From NCBI GenBank assembly GCA_000165425.1, contig CT868656.1, forward strand, positions 186,001 to 250,000: a stretch of DNA of 64,000 bases, given 5' to 3'. The number at the start of each line of letters is the position of its first letter. Positions within the stretch are counted from its first letter, which is position 1. Origin of the DNA: Paramecium tetraurelia. Lineage: Eukaryota. Shown one piece after another: positions 38,764 through 52,867 of the stretch. The position numbers and the translations under genes are program-made. Below the pieces are notes generated by a model. It was given only the letters and a program-made list of their open reading frames with translations. It was not told the origin of the DNA and searched no databases.

Positions 38764-38828
38764 ATTTATTCCTTTATAATATTATAATATTATAAAATTA
38801 TTATTATTTTTAAAAACTTTTTATTTGA

Positions 38829-39764
38829 ATGACAAGACTAGTCTAATTTCAAAATTTAAGTATACATGACAAATAACTATTTGTATCTATTGACTTCAAG
38901 CTCTGTTGAATGTATTTCAGAGTATATTGGATTTATTCCAGATTCAAATTAGTAATAAAATAATTATCGATTTAATTTTTGGAATGAAATCATAATACCT
39001 AATAAATTTACTAATTTTAAAGGTAGTTGTAATTTAATAGCAATAAATATGATAGATATAACTTAAATCAAATATAAATAAAAATATATTAGAAATTGCA
39101 ATCATCTCAATATTATGATAATATACAATCAAACTAATTATCATATAGGAGATTTAACTTGATAAAATCATAGTTATCAGATAACTCTAATACATCCAAA
39201 ATTAAATGAATTCTATTTAACTATGTAGGATTTAATGGAGTATTAAATCTTCAAACACAAAACAATAATTTCATTTTTTCAAAAAGAATATAAATTTGAT
39301 AAGAATAAACTCAATTAACTAAAATGCTTTCTTAAATGAGGCTCCCAAATGTTTAAGGCTCAAGGCAAGTATTTTTGTCAAATAAATATTAATTTTGTTT
39401 AATAGATTTCTAATGAATTAGTCCCTAAGATTTTGATTATATCAATATATTCACAATTATCAGATCATAGAGATTGCTTGGATAAGTTAAAGAGAGTAAT
39501 AATCAAATAATTAATGAGACTCTTAGGATTTTTGGGATAATCAAAATGTGTGAATTTTAATAAGAATAATTAGGTAAATCAATTATGGAAGCATGTCTAC
39601 CATCAATTAGGTTGTTAAAATTGATCTTTGTTTAAAGACATAAGGATTCATACAGTCAGGAATCAACTGATATAGAATTGGAATAGTCTAATTGGATGTT
39701 TTGAATTTTATAATACAAATTAATTTTATCGTTTTAAAGCTTTCATATCTAATAAATTGCTCAT
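38829..39764. other. unresolved coding-like region (gene or remnant; strand uncertain)
   Basis: Long semi-open frames on both strands, each interrupted by TGA. No recognisable motif. Confidence 0.25.
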
Positions 39765-39825
39765 ATTTAATTTGTTGCTCAATAAATTCGATTTTGAAAT
39801 ATAATAAAAAAAGAGAAAATTACAA

Positions 39826-40889
39826 ATGGAAATATTGAGGGATTCAATTAAATTACAGGAGGAGAACAAAATGATGAAAAAGCTTACATTGTTATAACAA
39901 TAGGTTGGATATCCTTTAGACACTTTAATGAATGATGAGTTTATTCAAAAATTGCCAGAAGAGAGTTTTGTTTGGTAGTTGATCCATCATTATAAATATT
40001 TAGGACAATAATCTCTAAGAAGTATGAATTATTAACAGGATAAAGAGCCAATAAGGAAATTATTCTTTAGGAAGAATTATATAAAAATATCACATTTGGA
40101 ATGTTTGTAGATGAATGCTTTTAAGCAATATTGCATTTCCATTTAGTTATTACTGATTATAAATTCAACTTACATATTATTCAAGATTCTATAAGAACTC
40201 TAAATTAGTAGATATAACTGTTAGAAGGTCATTCTTAATTGAAGTTTGATCAACCAAATAGACTATCAATCTGTTATACTCGACATAAAAGTCTAAAAAC
40301 CGATATTTTCAATCATTATTAGATTAAATATAAAGCAAATCTTAATGGCTAGGAATAAAAATCAATCTATGCGAGAGGTGATGATTTGACATGTTCATTT
40401 CCAATTTTAGAAGAAAGTAAAACACTAACAATAGCTGTATGGGGTAAAAATAAGGAGAATGGAAAAGAATTCAAGGTTCTAAGTAGGATCGAATTAGATC
40501 TAACAGAAGTATTGATTTCGTTTCCTTTGTAAAGTTATTCTAAAGAAACAATACAGCCTTGTTTGTTGACCCTAGATTATTAGGATGAGTCACCAGATGC
40601 TCCTTTTAATGGAAAAAATCCAATTGAACTTTAGTATAACTTGATTATAACTTATAGATTTTCACTTTCAATGCCTTCAGAGTAAAGAATACAAACAATG
40701 AAGGTTCTTAAGTTCAGATAGGAAGATTTTGAAAATCAGATTAGATGTGAAATAGATAACAGGAACTCTTACATCCAATCAATCATTCAACCTTTTAATG
40801 ATTTGCTTTATATTCCTGGAGAAGATCTAAAAAATAAAAATGAAACAGATCCATAGAGATTTTCATGTGCTGCTTGTAAAATCTTCTGA
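39826..40889 (+). CDS. C2-like domain protein with C-terminal CaaX-like motif
   Basis: ATG 39826, 29-nt intron ~39977-40005. Beta-rich CSFPILEESKTLTIAVWGK..VLSRIELDLTEV; ends SCAACKIF*. Confidence 0.65.
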
Positions 40890-41084
40890 TATTTAAATGT
40901 TTAATATAAATTATTTTAATTTTGCTCATTATGTATATTAAATCTGATGAATTCTGTTTCAATGTTAATTAAATTGTATACTTTAATTTCCTATAAGGAA
41001 AAATTGAGGAAAATTAGAGCTTAAAAGTGACCAACTGTCTAGAATATTAATCAATAAATTAAGAAAACAATAAAATAAAACACA

Positions 41085-41627
<543 letters not shown>

Positions 41628-42213
41628 TTAACATTATACCTGTATTTAATTATTAATTTAATATACATTTAATACACATTATGTTTCCAAATGATTCAAT
41701 TGATTAAAATCAAAATTGAATAGAGAAAAACATTTAAAAATATTCATATATTATCTTGATATTTTGTATATTTTTTTTGTATATAAATAGAGAATTCTTA
41801 TTTTCAAAGTAATCTCTTCAAATTTTACATCAATTTTTAGTTGTTTTTGTCTTACCTATTAAATCAAAATTAATGATAATCTATTTATAAATATGAAATA
41901 ATCTTAAAATATATTAGCCCACGATTAGTATAATCCATTTTATGAATGAGTCAATCTTGTAATGAAGAACTTGATATAAATGACTATTCTAAACGATATA
42001 ATAAATTTCCCGTTTTCCTAAAATATGTTCGAAATGAATACTTGCTTATAACTTTAAAAAAATGATACTGTATTAATAACCTTTTTATCAATAAAAATAG
42101 AACCAAGATTACTAATAGAGTGTGATTTAAGTTAATATCAAAAAATACGACAAAAATAAAAACATAATTTAATTACATATGTGTTATATTTTATTATTAG
42201 AAAATATATATTA

Positions 42214-44929
42214 ATGAAACAAATATAAGACAAGACTTATAAAGAATTTGCTGATATTAAACATCACATTGGTGCATTGCAGAGTCAATAACTTGCTGAT
42301 GAAGAACTATCTCTTCTTTATGAGAGATTGAAATATCAATTCACAAATCTAAATTAGCAAGTTGCAGTTACTTAAGCTCTAAAGCCAAGTAGTGAGACAT
42401 AGCCAATTCATAAGAGATAAAAAATAAAACGAGATAAACCATTGATCTAATAACAAGGAAAATCAATAGCACTTCCTAAGATTTTGAAACAACCATCTAC
42501 AGAATAGAGACCGAAAAAGACCAAAGGGAAATTAAAATCTGCTCATATTTATTAGGCTAATGTCTTAAATAGAGAATTGAGATTAAACCCATTTTCAGAT
42601 TTACCAACAATATTGGATGATGACCTAAATAAAGGAGTCAACAATTTGATTTAATCTGGTTTGATACCAAAGGATGTTGATTTAGGTCCAGCATTTAAGC
42701 GAGGAGAAGAATTGCTTTCTATATCATAAGTTTAAGTCTAGAATCCAACAGAGAAAAGCAAGTATTATAACACGGGATATTCAGAAAATCTATCGAAATA
42801 CAAAGTAGCTCCATAAAAACAAACAGCAAAATAGATAGCTGATTACTCTTCGTCTTTTGTTGAGAGACAATCTGTGCCAAGAGAGAAAATACAGTAAGTG
42901 AAAGTAGTTAGAAAAGCTAAGTATATAATAGAAATTAAAAATGGACATTATGTGCCAGATTTTCATTATCAGATCAGAAATCTCATGATTTGGGGAGGAA
43001 TCATGCATATTATAAAGAAATTAGAGAAGATTGCATCAGGATAGTTGGATGGTGATAGGATAGCACAATTGGCTTAATCTTAATTCAAGGTTCATTTGAT
43101 TGAGTTGTATGAATGCTACATCTCAAAACCCATAATGGAGAGATTATACATAATAAACAAGAAGCAATTTTCGGTTGAAAGTGCCATATTGAAAATATAG
43201 GCAACTGTCAGAATGTTTGTGGCATCAAGAAAGTACAGACATTAAAAAAGGATTGTCTAAAAGGTTATTAGAATTTAAAAGGAATTCAGATTAAAACAGA
43301 CATATGTTTATACAATCAACTAAATCAAAAAGAATATGGGACAATTGATAAGCACACTAGAGAATAGATAAAAGTAATTTTTATTAGAAGATTTGAATCA
43401 AAAGAGAATCGAAATTCACATTCCTTCATACTCCATTAAATAATTTTAAAGATTATCAATGAGTCATTTCAAAAGTCGCGAAGGCTTACAATTAACAAGA
43501 TTGTTTGCTTTAAAAGATCCTAATGTGAGTATAATTTACGTGTGTGCACCTTTACAAGAAGAAATAATGGCATATTTCTATAAACTATTAGAAGTGGCAG
43601 GTATAAATCCTGAAGGTAGACTATTCTTTATTCATCCTGAAAATATTAATAGATTCCCATCACATTACTCATTGGCATTATTACTATATCTATCTCCAAA
43701 GGCCATACATTAAATTTCTGAATTGATTAAAGGGTAATTTTCATATATTGTACCTATGAGAGTAGGAAAAGAGGAATTTTTGATTGCAGAATATCTAAAA
43801 ACAAATATATATTCAGGTCCTTATGAATTAATAGAGAAATACTCTAAGAAGTCTGAAGCGGTTGAACTGTTTAGATAGTTGTCATTTCCTGTGGCTCCAG
43901 AATATCATAAATTTGTCAGTAAAGATGATTTTGTAGATAAATTGACTGTGCTGATTATGAAAAATCTGACAGTATAAAAATGGATGTTTAAAATAGACAT
44001 CGAATTTAATGGAAGAGGAACTGCGTGGTTTAGTTTAGAAGGAGTAAAACAATTTATAGAAATCAAAAAGTTTCCTCATAGTATTGAATTTAAAGTTCTT
44101 AGGGAATTAGTCTAAACTGTAAATTAATTATAAATATTTTAGTTATTGCCAATAAAAACTGTACTGGCATTTCCTTAGATGTTCACCTTTGAAGAATACT
44201 TAGAGAATTTTATTAGAAATGGTGGAATAGTCGAAGCTTATCCAAATGCTTATAAAGTGCAGACAATAAATATCTAAGTGAATCTCGAGAATTAGGGAAC
44301 TTATTAGATATTGAACACGTCTACAAGCATAGTAATAAAAGAGTAACTATAATACATGAGTATTCATTAGAATGTCTAAAGTGGGTTGCATATATCCTTA
44401 GAATGTGCTCAATTTAAATGTGGATTCTCTGATATAGCCATTAGCAGATGAATTATATAAACAGAATGTCTTTGGTTATTTTACACTTTCTTTGCTATCA
44501 TTTAATGGAGCCTTCTATACTAAATCTTTGAAGTTCGGAATGGATGAATATATTGGGGCTACAGTATTGTCTACAGCTATGGACACTGATCAGTTCACAT
44601 ATATACCGTTTGTCTATCACCCAGGAATAGCAGAATAGAAATTTAATGATTTATTTATAAAGTGTAGGAAGGAAGGAATATCCTTTGATATTGAGAAGAA
44701 GGTGGGAACATTGATATGGTTATCTGATTAGATTGAAAAAGGAGTGTTGTCATTATTATGTTTGGGTGCACCTAAGAAGGCTGTAAAGTTGACTACTGAT
44801 GCATTGAATTTCTTGTAATAATTTGGTGGGAATATAATGAAAACTAATAGTCACTAGAAACAGGACACCTTTTACTTTATAGATATAGTTAGTAGATTAA
44901 GATAATTAAATAGTGAAGCTTAATAATGA
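42214..44929 (+). CDS. IQCH: IQ-motif protein, IQCH-like
   Basis: IQ motif AILKIQATVRMFVASRKY; RIEIHIPS, QLTRLFALKDPNVSIIYV, IHPENINRFP, LLYLSPKAI, WMFKIDIEFNGRGTA, ISFDIEKKVGT. Confidence 0.85.
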
Positions 44930-44940
44930 TATTTATATTG

Positions 44941-45581
44941 TCATGATTATAATTCTAATGATACTCCTTGTAAAGTTTTCTCTAATTAAACAACACGATT
45001 TGTTAATTAAATTTATTCGTTTTCCATATTCATTTTGGCTTTCATTAGTATTAAATACTCTTTGGACAATCTGTATTACTCTTCCGTAAAGAGAACATTG
45101 TCCTCCTTTATTTGACGATACTTCTTTTTGAGGTTATCTCTGAAATGCGTCTCTATATTCTTCAGTTCCTATTAATATCTTGAATGAATTGAAGAAATTT
45201 CCAGTCTAATTTAGTTGGCTTGGTCTCTCAATTATGCGATATTCTTTCGACTTTCGGCAATATAACTCTAGATTAAATTGGTATTACATTGACATATTTG
45301 GTAGGGTGATCATAGACCTCTAAGAAATGAGTTTGAGAATTGCCATTCTAAAATTCGTCTACTTTGAAACCATATCTAAAGTTATTCACAATGGGTGTTT
45401 GAGTGTGGATGGTCGTGAGTCTGAAATCACTTAAACCTGTAGATCTAAATCTATTCAATACATGTAAAGTTGTTTTGACAACTCTTTACGTTTAGAAGGG
45501 TGTGCCTATTTAGATATTGTTGATACTAGAATCTTAAGATTTAAAATATAACAGTTGTCTTATATTGATTTCAGAACTCAT
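44941..45581 (-). CDS. hypothetical coiled-coil protein
   Basis: MSSEINIRQ... ending NRVVQLEKTLQGVSLELQS*; introns inferred. Confidence 0.65.
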
Positions 45582-45637
45582 AAATTTAATATTTAATTTA
45601 ACTAATTATTCGATAAATTTATTTAGTAATATTTAAA

Positions 45638-46975
45638 TCAATGTTCAGCTATGAATTTATCATTCATCCAAATGCCTTCAACACTATGACTTTAATAATA
45701 ATAAATCCCGGATCCACAAACTGCGTCATCAATGAATGTTCCTCTAAAATAATTTTAATTTCTAAATCTTAATTCTCCCTTCCCTTATTTCATCCCTTTA
45801 GCAACCTCTCCCTTAAAGTATTCCCAATTCGATAAATCCACATGTGTGGTATCATCTTAAGCATCTTCTCTCCACATTTCTATATCATCCCCTTCAGGAA
45901 GATCATTCAAGAAAGTTCCCTAAATCAATTGATTCCCATCCTTAGAAAAAAAGATTCCTCTGCCTTCTCGCTTTTTTGTTTTCGCATTATATGAACCCAC
46001 ATAATAGCAACCATTTGTGTATGGCAAATGACCCTGCAATATCTCTACTCTTGGAGCTTTGGGTAATTCTAAAACCTTATTCTCAGGAGTCCTGATATCT
46101 ATAATGGATTCTGTAGCATCAGGAGATTAGGCTGTTTTTAGAATCTATTTATTGTATACTACCATCACTGTCTTTAGTTCAGGCAATTTATAAGCCTTGG
46201 TGTAATTACTTACAGCTATTGATAATTGAATTGGATCTGGTCTACCATATTCATCTGCTTCCAACATAGATCGAAGTAATCTATCAAAGTATAGAGGTAA
46301 TTTGAATCTAGTAATTATGTCATCCAATAGTTCAAAATCAAATCCTTCTTATTTGAACAGAATTTCAGTTTTCTTGAATCCCAAAGAATATACACAAACC
46401 AACCCTAACGAAAAAGTATCCGATTTGAAAAGATCATGCTCTGGATGAGTCTTATAATACATTATTGGACTGTAAAAGTTCTTCATTATCTGATTGTGAA
46501 ATAGAAAAGGATCTGCTAATTTATATACATACTATTATTCAATTGTGTAAACTCTGAAGATTCCCTTAGGATTTATATTATTGTAGTGTTGCTTCTACTA
46601 TTATAATTTAGCTAAGGCAGCCGATACGTATCCTAACATAGACCAAACCTCAGGAATTGTTAATTTAGTTGAAACGAAATCTTCTAATCTAATTGGAAAG
46701 TCGAAGAACATATTAATAGATATGAAGTCGCTATCATATTTATGAATCACTATGTTGAATGGATCCTATTCACGTTTAACTAAATATTCTAGCTAATCTC
46801 TAATTCTGAAATAACTATCATAGAGTTTGGCCCTAACTAATTTAAATTGTGGATCTCCTGTATGTTCATACACTTCCATTTCACTAAATTTCAATGCTTC
46901 GTTCCTATATGGATATGGAGGTCTGAAATCTTCTGTAAATGCAGCAATATCAGCACTTGTGCATGCTTATCCCAT
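45638..46975 (-). CDS. N-acylated pseudokinase with C-terminal MORN repeats
   Basis: MGQAC start. Kinase C-lobe pattern HYNNINP, KLADPF, FYSP, KSDTFSLGL, MLEADEYGRPD. MORN units YVGSY..REGRG, FKGEVAKGMKQGKG, FRGTFIDDAVCGSG, EGIWMND. Confidence 0.85.
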
Positions 46976-47092
46976 TTTGTTAAATATATTATTTATTGTA
47001 TAATTTATTTAAGAGACTTCTATTCAATTTGTGATTGAAGATAGAAATTTCAATAAAAATGATCATCTTATTTTATGTATATATATAATAAC

Positions 47093-48464
47093 TCAATAAT
47101 AAATTTATTATGCATCTTATATAAAAGGAAACAAGTTATTATTCTTGGTTCTATGAATACACATAAATTTGAAATTCGATCCCATCTAGTTTGAATGCAC
47201 CAATCTCTCGTATTCAGACTGCAATCTCTTTTCTGTTGCTTTGTTAGCATTCTTACAAAGTATCTAATTAATATTAGTATATAATAAACTTATAATCTTG
47301 CCTAAATTCCCATTTATTCTAACCAGTTACCCTGAGTCATAATTTCTGGAACCTTAATACCATCTACTTTAAGTGCTGCTTATTCCAATGCCATAAAATT
47401 AACATAAGCACTCAAATCGCAATCTCCAGGTTTATTTAAGATATCCTTTTTATCCATTAATTTATGTCTTTGAATTGCTCTAACACTATCTGAAAATGCT
47501 CGCTTCTCACCATAATCAATAATAAGTGCTGCTCCACCGACTTTGGAAATTAATTCAGCTAGGGAATTAGCTATTACTCCACTTTAAGGAGAAATCTCAA
47601 TTGTGTCTCCTTCTTTTATTAATTTTTTAATTTCTGAAGAGAAATACTTATCTGGATTTAGAATTTTTTAGACATTTTAATTAGGACCATCTGAGAGTAC
47701 AAATTTAAGAGTTTTACCATCGTTATCTAATCCTACCAATCTCTCACACCATTGACCATTAGAATACTCAAATACGTTGACTGGTAATGCATCAAAGAAT
47801 TCATGTGCTAATATTAGTACTGGGTCGCAATGTTAACCCTCTCTTGTTTCTTCATATAAGAAGTGTTCATACATTTTGAACCACTTTAAATTTACTTCAT
47901 CACTTTCAAATTTCTCTACTTTTTAGTTGTTATATTCAAACTTAGGATAGATGTTGCTTTTTTATAATTATTTTAGTACAGCTTCCTATTACTTCTTACG
48001 CATATAATCACTATATTCCACATACGAATATTGAAGATTTTCCAGTAAATTGAATTAAGCAAATACTCTCAATACGTTTGAGCTCAAAGTACCTAAACCT
48101 GGTCCAAATTCTAGAATATGCATTTTTTAATTTGTAGGTCTAAAGTTATTATCCAAAACTCCAATATGTTGGAATGTATTCAATAACCAAATTCCAATTA
48201 ACTGTTGATTTATAAGATATTTGATCATACTTCATTAAACATCTATGATATTTCAACAGATGTCACAAAATCTCCATCTTTATTAAATACATCTTATTTC
48301 ATGTAATACCCAAACTTTTCATGTAAAAGTGCTTGATGCCAAAATCGAGGGAATGAAATGGCACCTTTTTCAGCTATCTCACTTCTTACGATATTTATTA
48401 AACTAGCCTGTTTGATATCAATTTCTTTTCCCACAAACGAACAGAATTATTTAATTAATTTCAT
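47093..48464 (-). CDS. NDUFAF7: NDUFAF7/MidA SAM-dependent protein arginine methyltransferase (complex I assembly)
   Basis: GYYMKQDVF..GDFVTSVEISQMFNE, ILEFGPGLGTL, AHEFFDALPV, ALIIDYG, PGDCDLSAYVNF, MGSNFK. Confidence 0.93.
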
Positions 48465-48521
48465 AAAATATAAAAAAAAATAATCTTCGATTTTAATTTA
48501 GAATCAAATATACTAAATATA

Positions 48522-49363
48522 TCATAATTTCTTGATATGGGAGAAGTTCTTAGGATTTTTGATACCTTTGTATATCTACTGACGATATTGAAGATGCCAA
48601 TTGTGCTAGACTATCTTTGAATTAAATATATAATTAATTGCGTACTTCTTAACGAATATACGACTATAAAGTTAATAGAATAATGATACCTCAAAATTCT
48701 GAAAGTTTGATTGAATTCCTCCTCAGTAGGGTCCTCTGATTAAGATAGCAATCCACTGAAAATGCGAATATTCATCAACTTCTTCTTGTAGACTGTTATT
48801 CTTTCTAAAAACTTGACTACTTTCAACTAGTCTCCCAATATTTGATGACAAAGTGCTTGGTGCTTTGTAGCGAAGGTAATAATAGCCTTACAATAATTCT
48901 TGGGGATGTTTTTGGTATCCTTTTATTCTTGACTTGAAAATCCTTTTCGTTTTTAGATACTCAGTCTAATCGTTGGACATTATTAAGTGATTAATTTTGG
49001 TTCACTCTACTAGATATGATGTTATTATTGGATAGCCTCCAAAACAGGGACATTCTAAAAATCCATTTTATGTCCACCCAAATGTACCTAACTATTTACT
49101 AGAGGTCATACCAAGAATTCATTGAATGAATACTATAGGACAAATGGATAGGATGGGAGACACTTATTCTGTGGGTGAAGTTGAGCCAATTGGAGGCTAT
49201 GCAAGGCTTTTAAGAATTTACTCACCACTTTTAAATAAGCAGATTGAAAGGATTGAATCTCTAACAAAACCTTCCTCCTACTTGGTTTAGAAACTGTCGA
49301 TTTAGAGATACCCATTGGAGTTTGGACATTTTGTTCCTCCTCCTTTACTTTACATTTGCTCAT
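48522..49363 (-). CDS. hypothetical protein with basic C-terminal 'KNIPKNY' domain
   Basis: C-terminus DTKNIPKNYCKAIITFA..FRIL..KYAINYIFNSK..HLQYRQQIYKGIKNPQNFSHIKKL*; introns inferred. Confidence 0.7.
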
Positions 49364-49639
49364 CGAACAAATCTTTTTATATTATACTAACACAATTTAT
49401 TAATCATTAATTATCAATAGAAAATTATAATAGAAACGATATTTTATAAGATTGAAAATATTATTTTTTTTAAATATAAGATTGAATACATCATCATTTA
49501 GACTCTCCCATCAAATCATTCGAGTTTACGGTTGATTCAAAGCAGCTCTCATTTTTTCACTTTAAAAGCAATTAAATCTCAGGGAAAGAATTAAAGTAAC
49601 TTATAATTTGCACTTAAATTTCAATTAATAAATATATTT

Positions 49640-50990
49640 ATGGAACAATACTCTCAAGAAAACCCCTTGTTCGATCTCCTCTACATATTGAGAGGAGCAA
49701 CTCCTACCCATCCATTCTTATTTCATCATATCTTTCAATACTTTGACAAGGATCAAAAATTAGCAATAAAACTCTGTCGAAAATTGATGGATTGCCAAGA
49801 TTGTAATTCAAAAAATCAAAATGGACACACACCACTCTAAATTGCTGTGATTTACAATTAGAAGGCTGCCATACGCTATGCTCAATAAGATGGTAGGTTC
49901 GATTTTAATGATCAAACATTGATGTCATTAGCAATCATTCATGCCTACTTTGAAATTGTTGAAATCCTCTTATTCGTAAGAATATTCCCCTTAATATTAG
50001 GATGAAGGCCTATCAGTAATGCAAGCCAATTTGAGGATGATGAATTCTCAATCAGCAATCAATTTAAAAATTCTAAAAAGGTTTGAAAAACTTGAAATCT
50101 AGTAAGCCTTAAATGAGGACACATTTGAATATTAAGAAATCATAGTCAATCGAATCCCTCAATTTCCGATTCCCAAGACCCCTAGTAAAATTATCATTGA
50201 GACTATCGATGAAAGTCTTATACCAACTGCTGAGTGCATTGAGGAAATTAACTAAGAAAGTGTGTTAAGAAAGCTGAATAGAAATGGAAACTTTTTGAAA
50301 TAAAGTTCATGCCAAGATAATTAAATTTACAAATAAAAACAAAAATAAAAAACTATTGAATTATAAGAACATCGAGTTTCTTACAATAATTTATTTAGAT
50401 GCGAAAATTTTGTTTAATAATTATTATGCAAAATATTCTAATTTAAATATGTAATCATTTATTCATAATTAAGAGCCATAATTAGATTTAGTGATGTTAT
50501 TGTTTCTATAAAAAGGCTATCTTGATTGTTATTATAAGAATTTAGATAGTCTAATCGAGTAGATGTTGATACCAATTCCTACTGAATAATCTAATTCCGA
50601 TTTTGATTAAACAAAGAAAATAGATAATTATTGCAGAGAGTTTATAAAAGAAATTACATAAAACCTAAATGGTTCGAAGTAGGTAAATTGTTGTAATATT
50701 AAAAGTAACTATAAAGGTAGCGTTAGCATTTTAATAATCTCAAAGTACAGAACTAATCCAAATTAAAATCTGATGTTTCCTATCAAAGTAATAATTAGAA
50801 AGTGTTAATAAATTGCTAAGATTTACTCCTTATTTATAAGGGTTTGTTTTAAATATTACACAAACCTTACATGAATATAGAGAGTTGTTTTTTTATCTTG
50901 GAATAGTTTGAGTTGATTAATAAATTAGATATGATTCCTCAATGCTAATTAATGACTGCTGATGAGACCATATCTACAAATGTTTAATGA
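49640..50990 (+). CDS. ankyrin-repeat protein
   Basis: NSKNQNGHTPLQIAVIYNQ and TLMSLAIIHAYFEIVEILL; TGA 50988-50990. Confidence 0.8.
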
Positions 50991-51089
50991 TTGTTTATAT
51001 ATATAATATTACAAATACTCTAAAGAGTTTGTGGAAATAATAGTGATTTGAGTATGATTGATTTGAATGTTTCAATAATATTAATAATA

Positions 51090-51433
51090 ATGAGCGACGA
51101 TGTGATAGTTAAGAAAATAAAATTAAATTTAGGTATTGGATTGAATCTTAGTTGATAGGGAGTTATGTGATGCCACAGGATGAGTTTAAAATGGATTCTA
51201 AATCATTAATGCAAACAGAAGCTCAAAGAATTTTCAATCAATATTCTAATGTGGTTAAGGAAGAGAAGAAATTGCAAGCCTTCAATCAAATAACGTAACA
51301 AACAAGCGGGTTTATTAAACGTTTGGAAGAGCATCGTTAGATTTTGAAGACTTAGATAGAATTGCAGTTAAAAATTTGTTAAGGGAATATATTATTATAA
51401 CGAGCTTTGAGTGGTGTTGACATAAAGAAATGA
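51090..51433 (+). CDS. small hypothetical protein
   Basis: MSDDVIVKKIKLNL, a 26-nt intron, then a helical frame to TGA 51431-51433. Confidence 0.6.
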
Positions 51434-51461
51434 ATTATTTTGTATTTTACAATTTATATAC

Positions 51462-52827
51462 TCATGGTATTAATAGTTTTGGTAATTCATCAAATCTGAG
51501 GTAGAGATTCAAAATGAGGGGTAAACCTTATATAATTCCAAACCAAAAGAAGAGATTTCCAAATTTGGTTCCTTTGATCTTTTTGGTCCACACCATCACT
51601 GGTAATTGAATCATCATAAACATGATCATGATTGGAGTGATTTGTTTCAAACTGACTGCCAATGTGTATTCATGTAAAAGAGCAGAAAACAAGAATGTTG
51701 CCAATTGAGCCTTTTTGACTCCAATTCCAAATTCAAAAATCAATTCTAAATAGACGTGTCTATAAAGGAATTCATAGACAGGTCTATTCCAATTTCGATT
51801 AAATTCTTCGAAATCTGTTGAATTCCACCAGTCAGTATAAAATAGACGATCTCCAAAGTGAGTGATTTCAGCCCAGAAATTGCAATAATTTTCAAATACC
51901 ATATTGAAAATGGTGAGACACAAAAATATTAAAGGCAAAGTCATCTAAAAAATGGAATCTGGTAGTGAATGATCCTTGATATTCTAGATGATTGGATAGA
52001 TATGATTAGAAACAATCATGTATCCCATAATGAGCATGGCCATCGAGTTCATAAATTTGACAACAACATACTTCCATCTGATTTTGCCAGATTGTGGATA
52101 CTGTGGTTCATACACTAATACAGGAGTCATGATGAATTGAGTGAAATTCTTGAAATTGATGTTGTTTGGATAAGCGTAAGGATCTTGAGTTTTGGGACAA
52201 CCTTAATCAATCCATTCTCTTCTCATTTTGTAATTGGTCATGGTGTAAGAATGCATCTTAAAGAAGAAGACACAAGATTGAAATGTTACAAATGCTCCTT
52301 GAGGCAAATACCAATCTCTGGTCAACACCAAATAATGAGCGTAAACAAACATACACACTTGACTAATGTGTTGAGTAACAAACATCAGAGTTTTTGGCAT
52401 GTTCATCATTGCTAAGTATTGTATTAGTAATGCGATGTGACTCCAAGCGTAAAACTTTTAGATGATTATAATTTCATACCAATGGCCAAGTTACTATGCA
52501 CATGAAGAGATCTCTTCTCATTTGATTATACAAGGAAGTCTCAATAAGTTGTCCTGTCTTATTATATGACATGATTGGATTGATGATAAAATAATAAAAC
52601 CCTACCACATAAAGCATGTTATAAAACCCAACAAACTTTGTGCGATTCAATTCTGAGTCCTTATCCATGTCATCCAAAAGGGACACTCGATTAATAAAAG
52701 CATGTTTTCTTAGATGCTTAATCTTAGCCTATTTATCACTGTTCTGTCCATCAGGAGTGGAAGTCCCTGAATTGATCTTCTCCACTTCCTCCGAATCTAC
52801 TTTCAATTTTTGTCTCTTCATCGACAT
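51462..52827 (-). CDS. MBOAT acyltransferase, ACAT/DGAT1 family (copy 1)
   Basis: FKMHSY, PVLVYEPQYP, AEITHFGDRLFYTDWWNS, WNRPVYEFLYRHVY, FLFSALLHEY (catalytic His), GNLFFW. Confidence 0.95.
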
Positions 52828-52867
52828 CGATATCAGACAATATATATTATATATATATATTAATATG

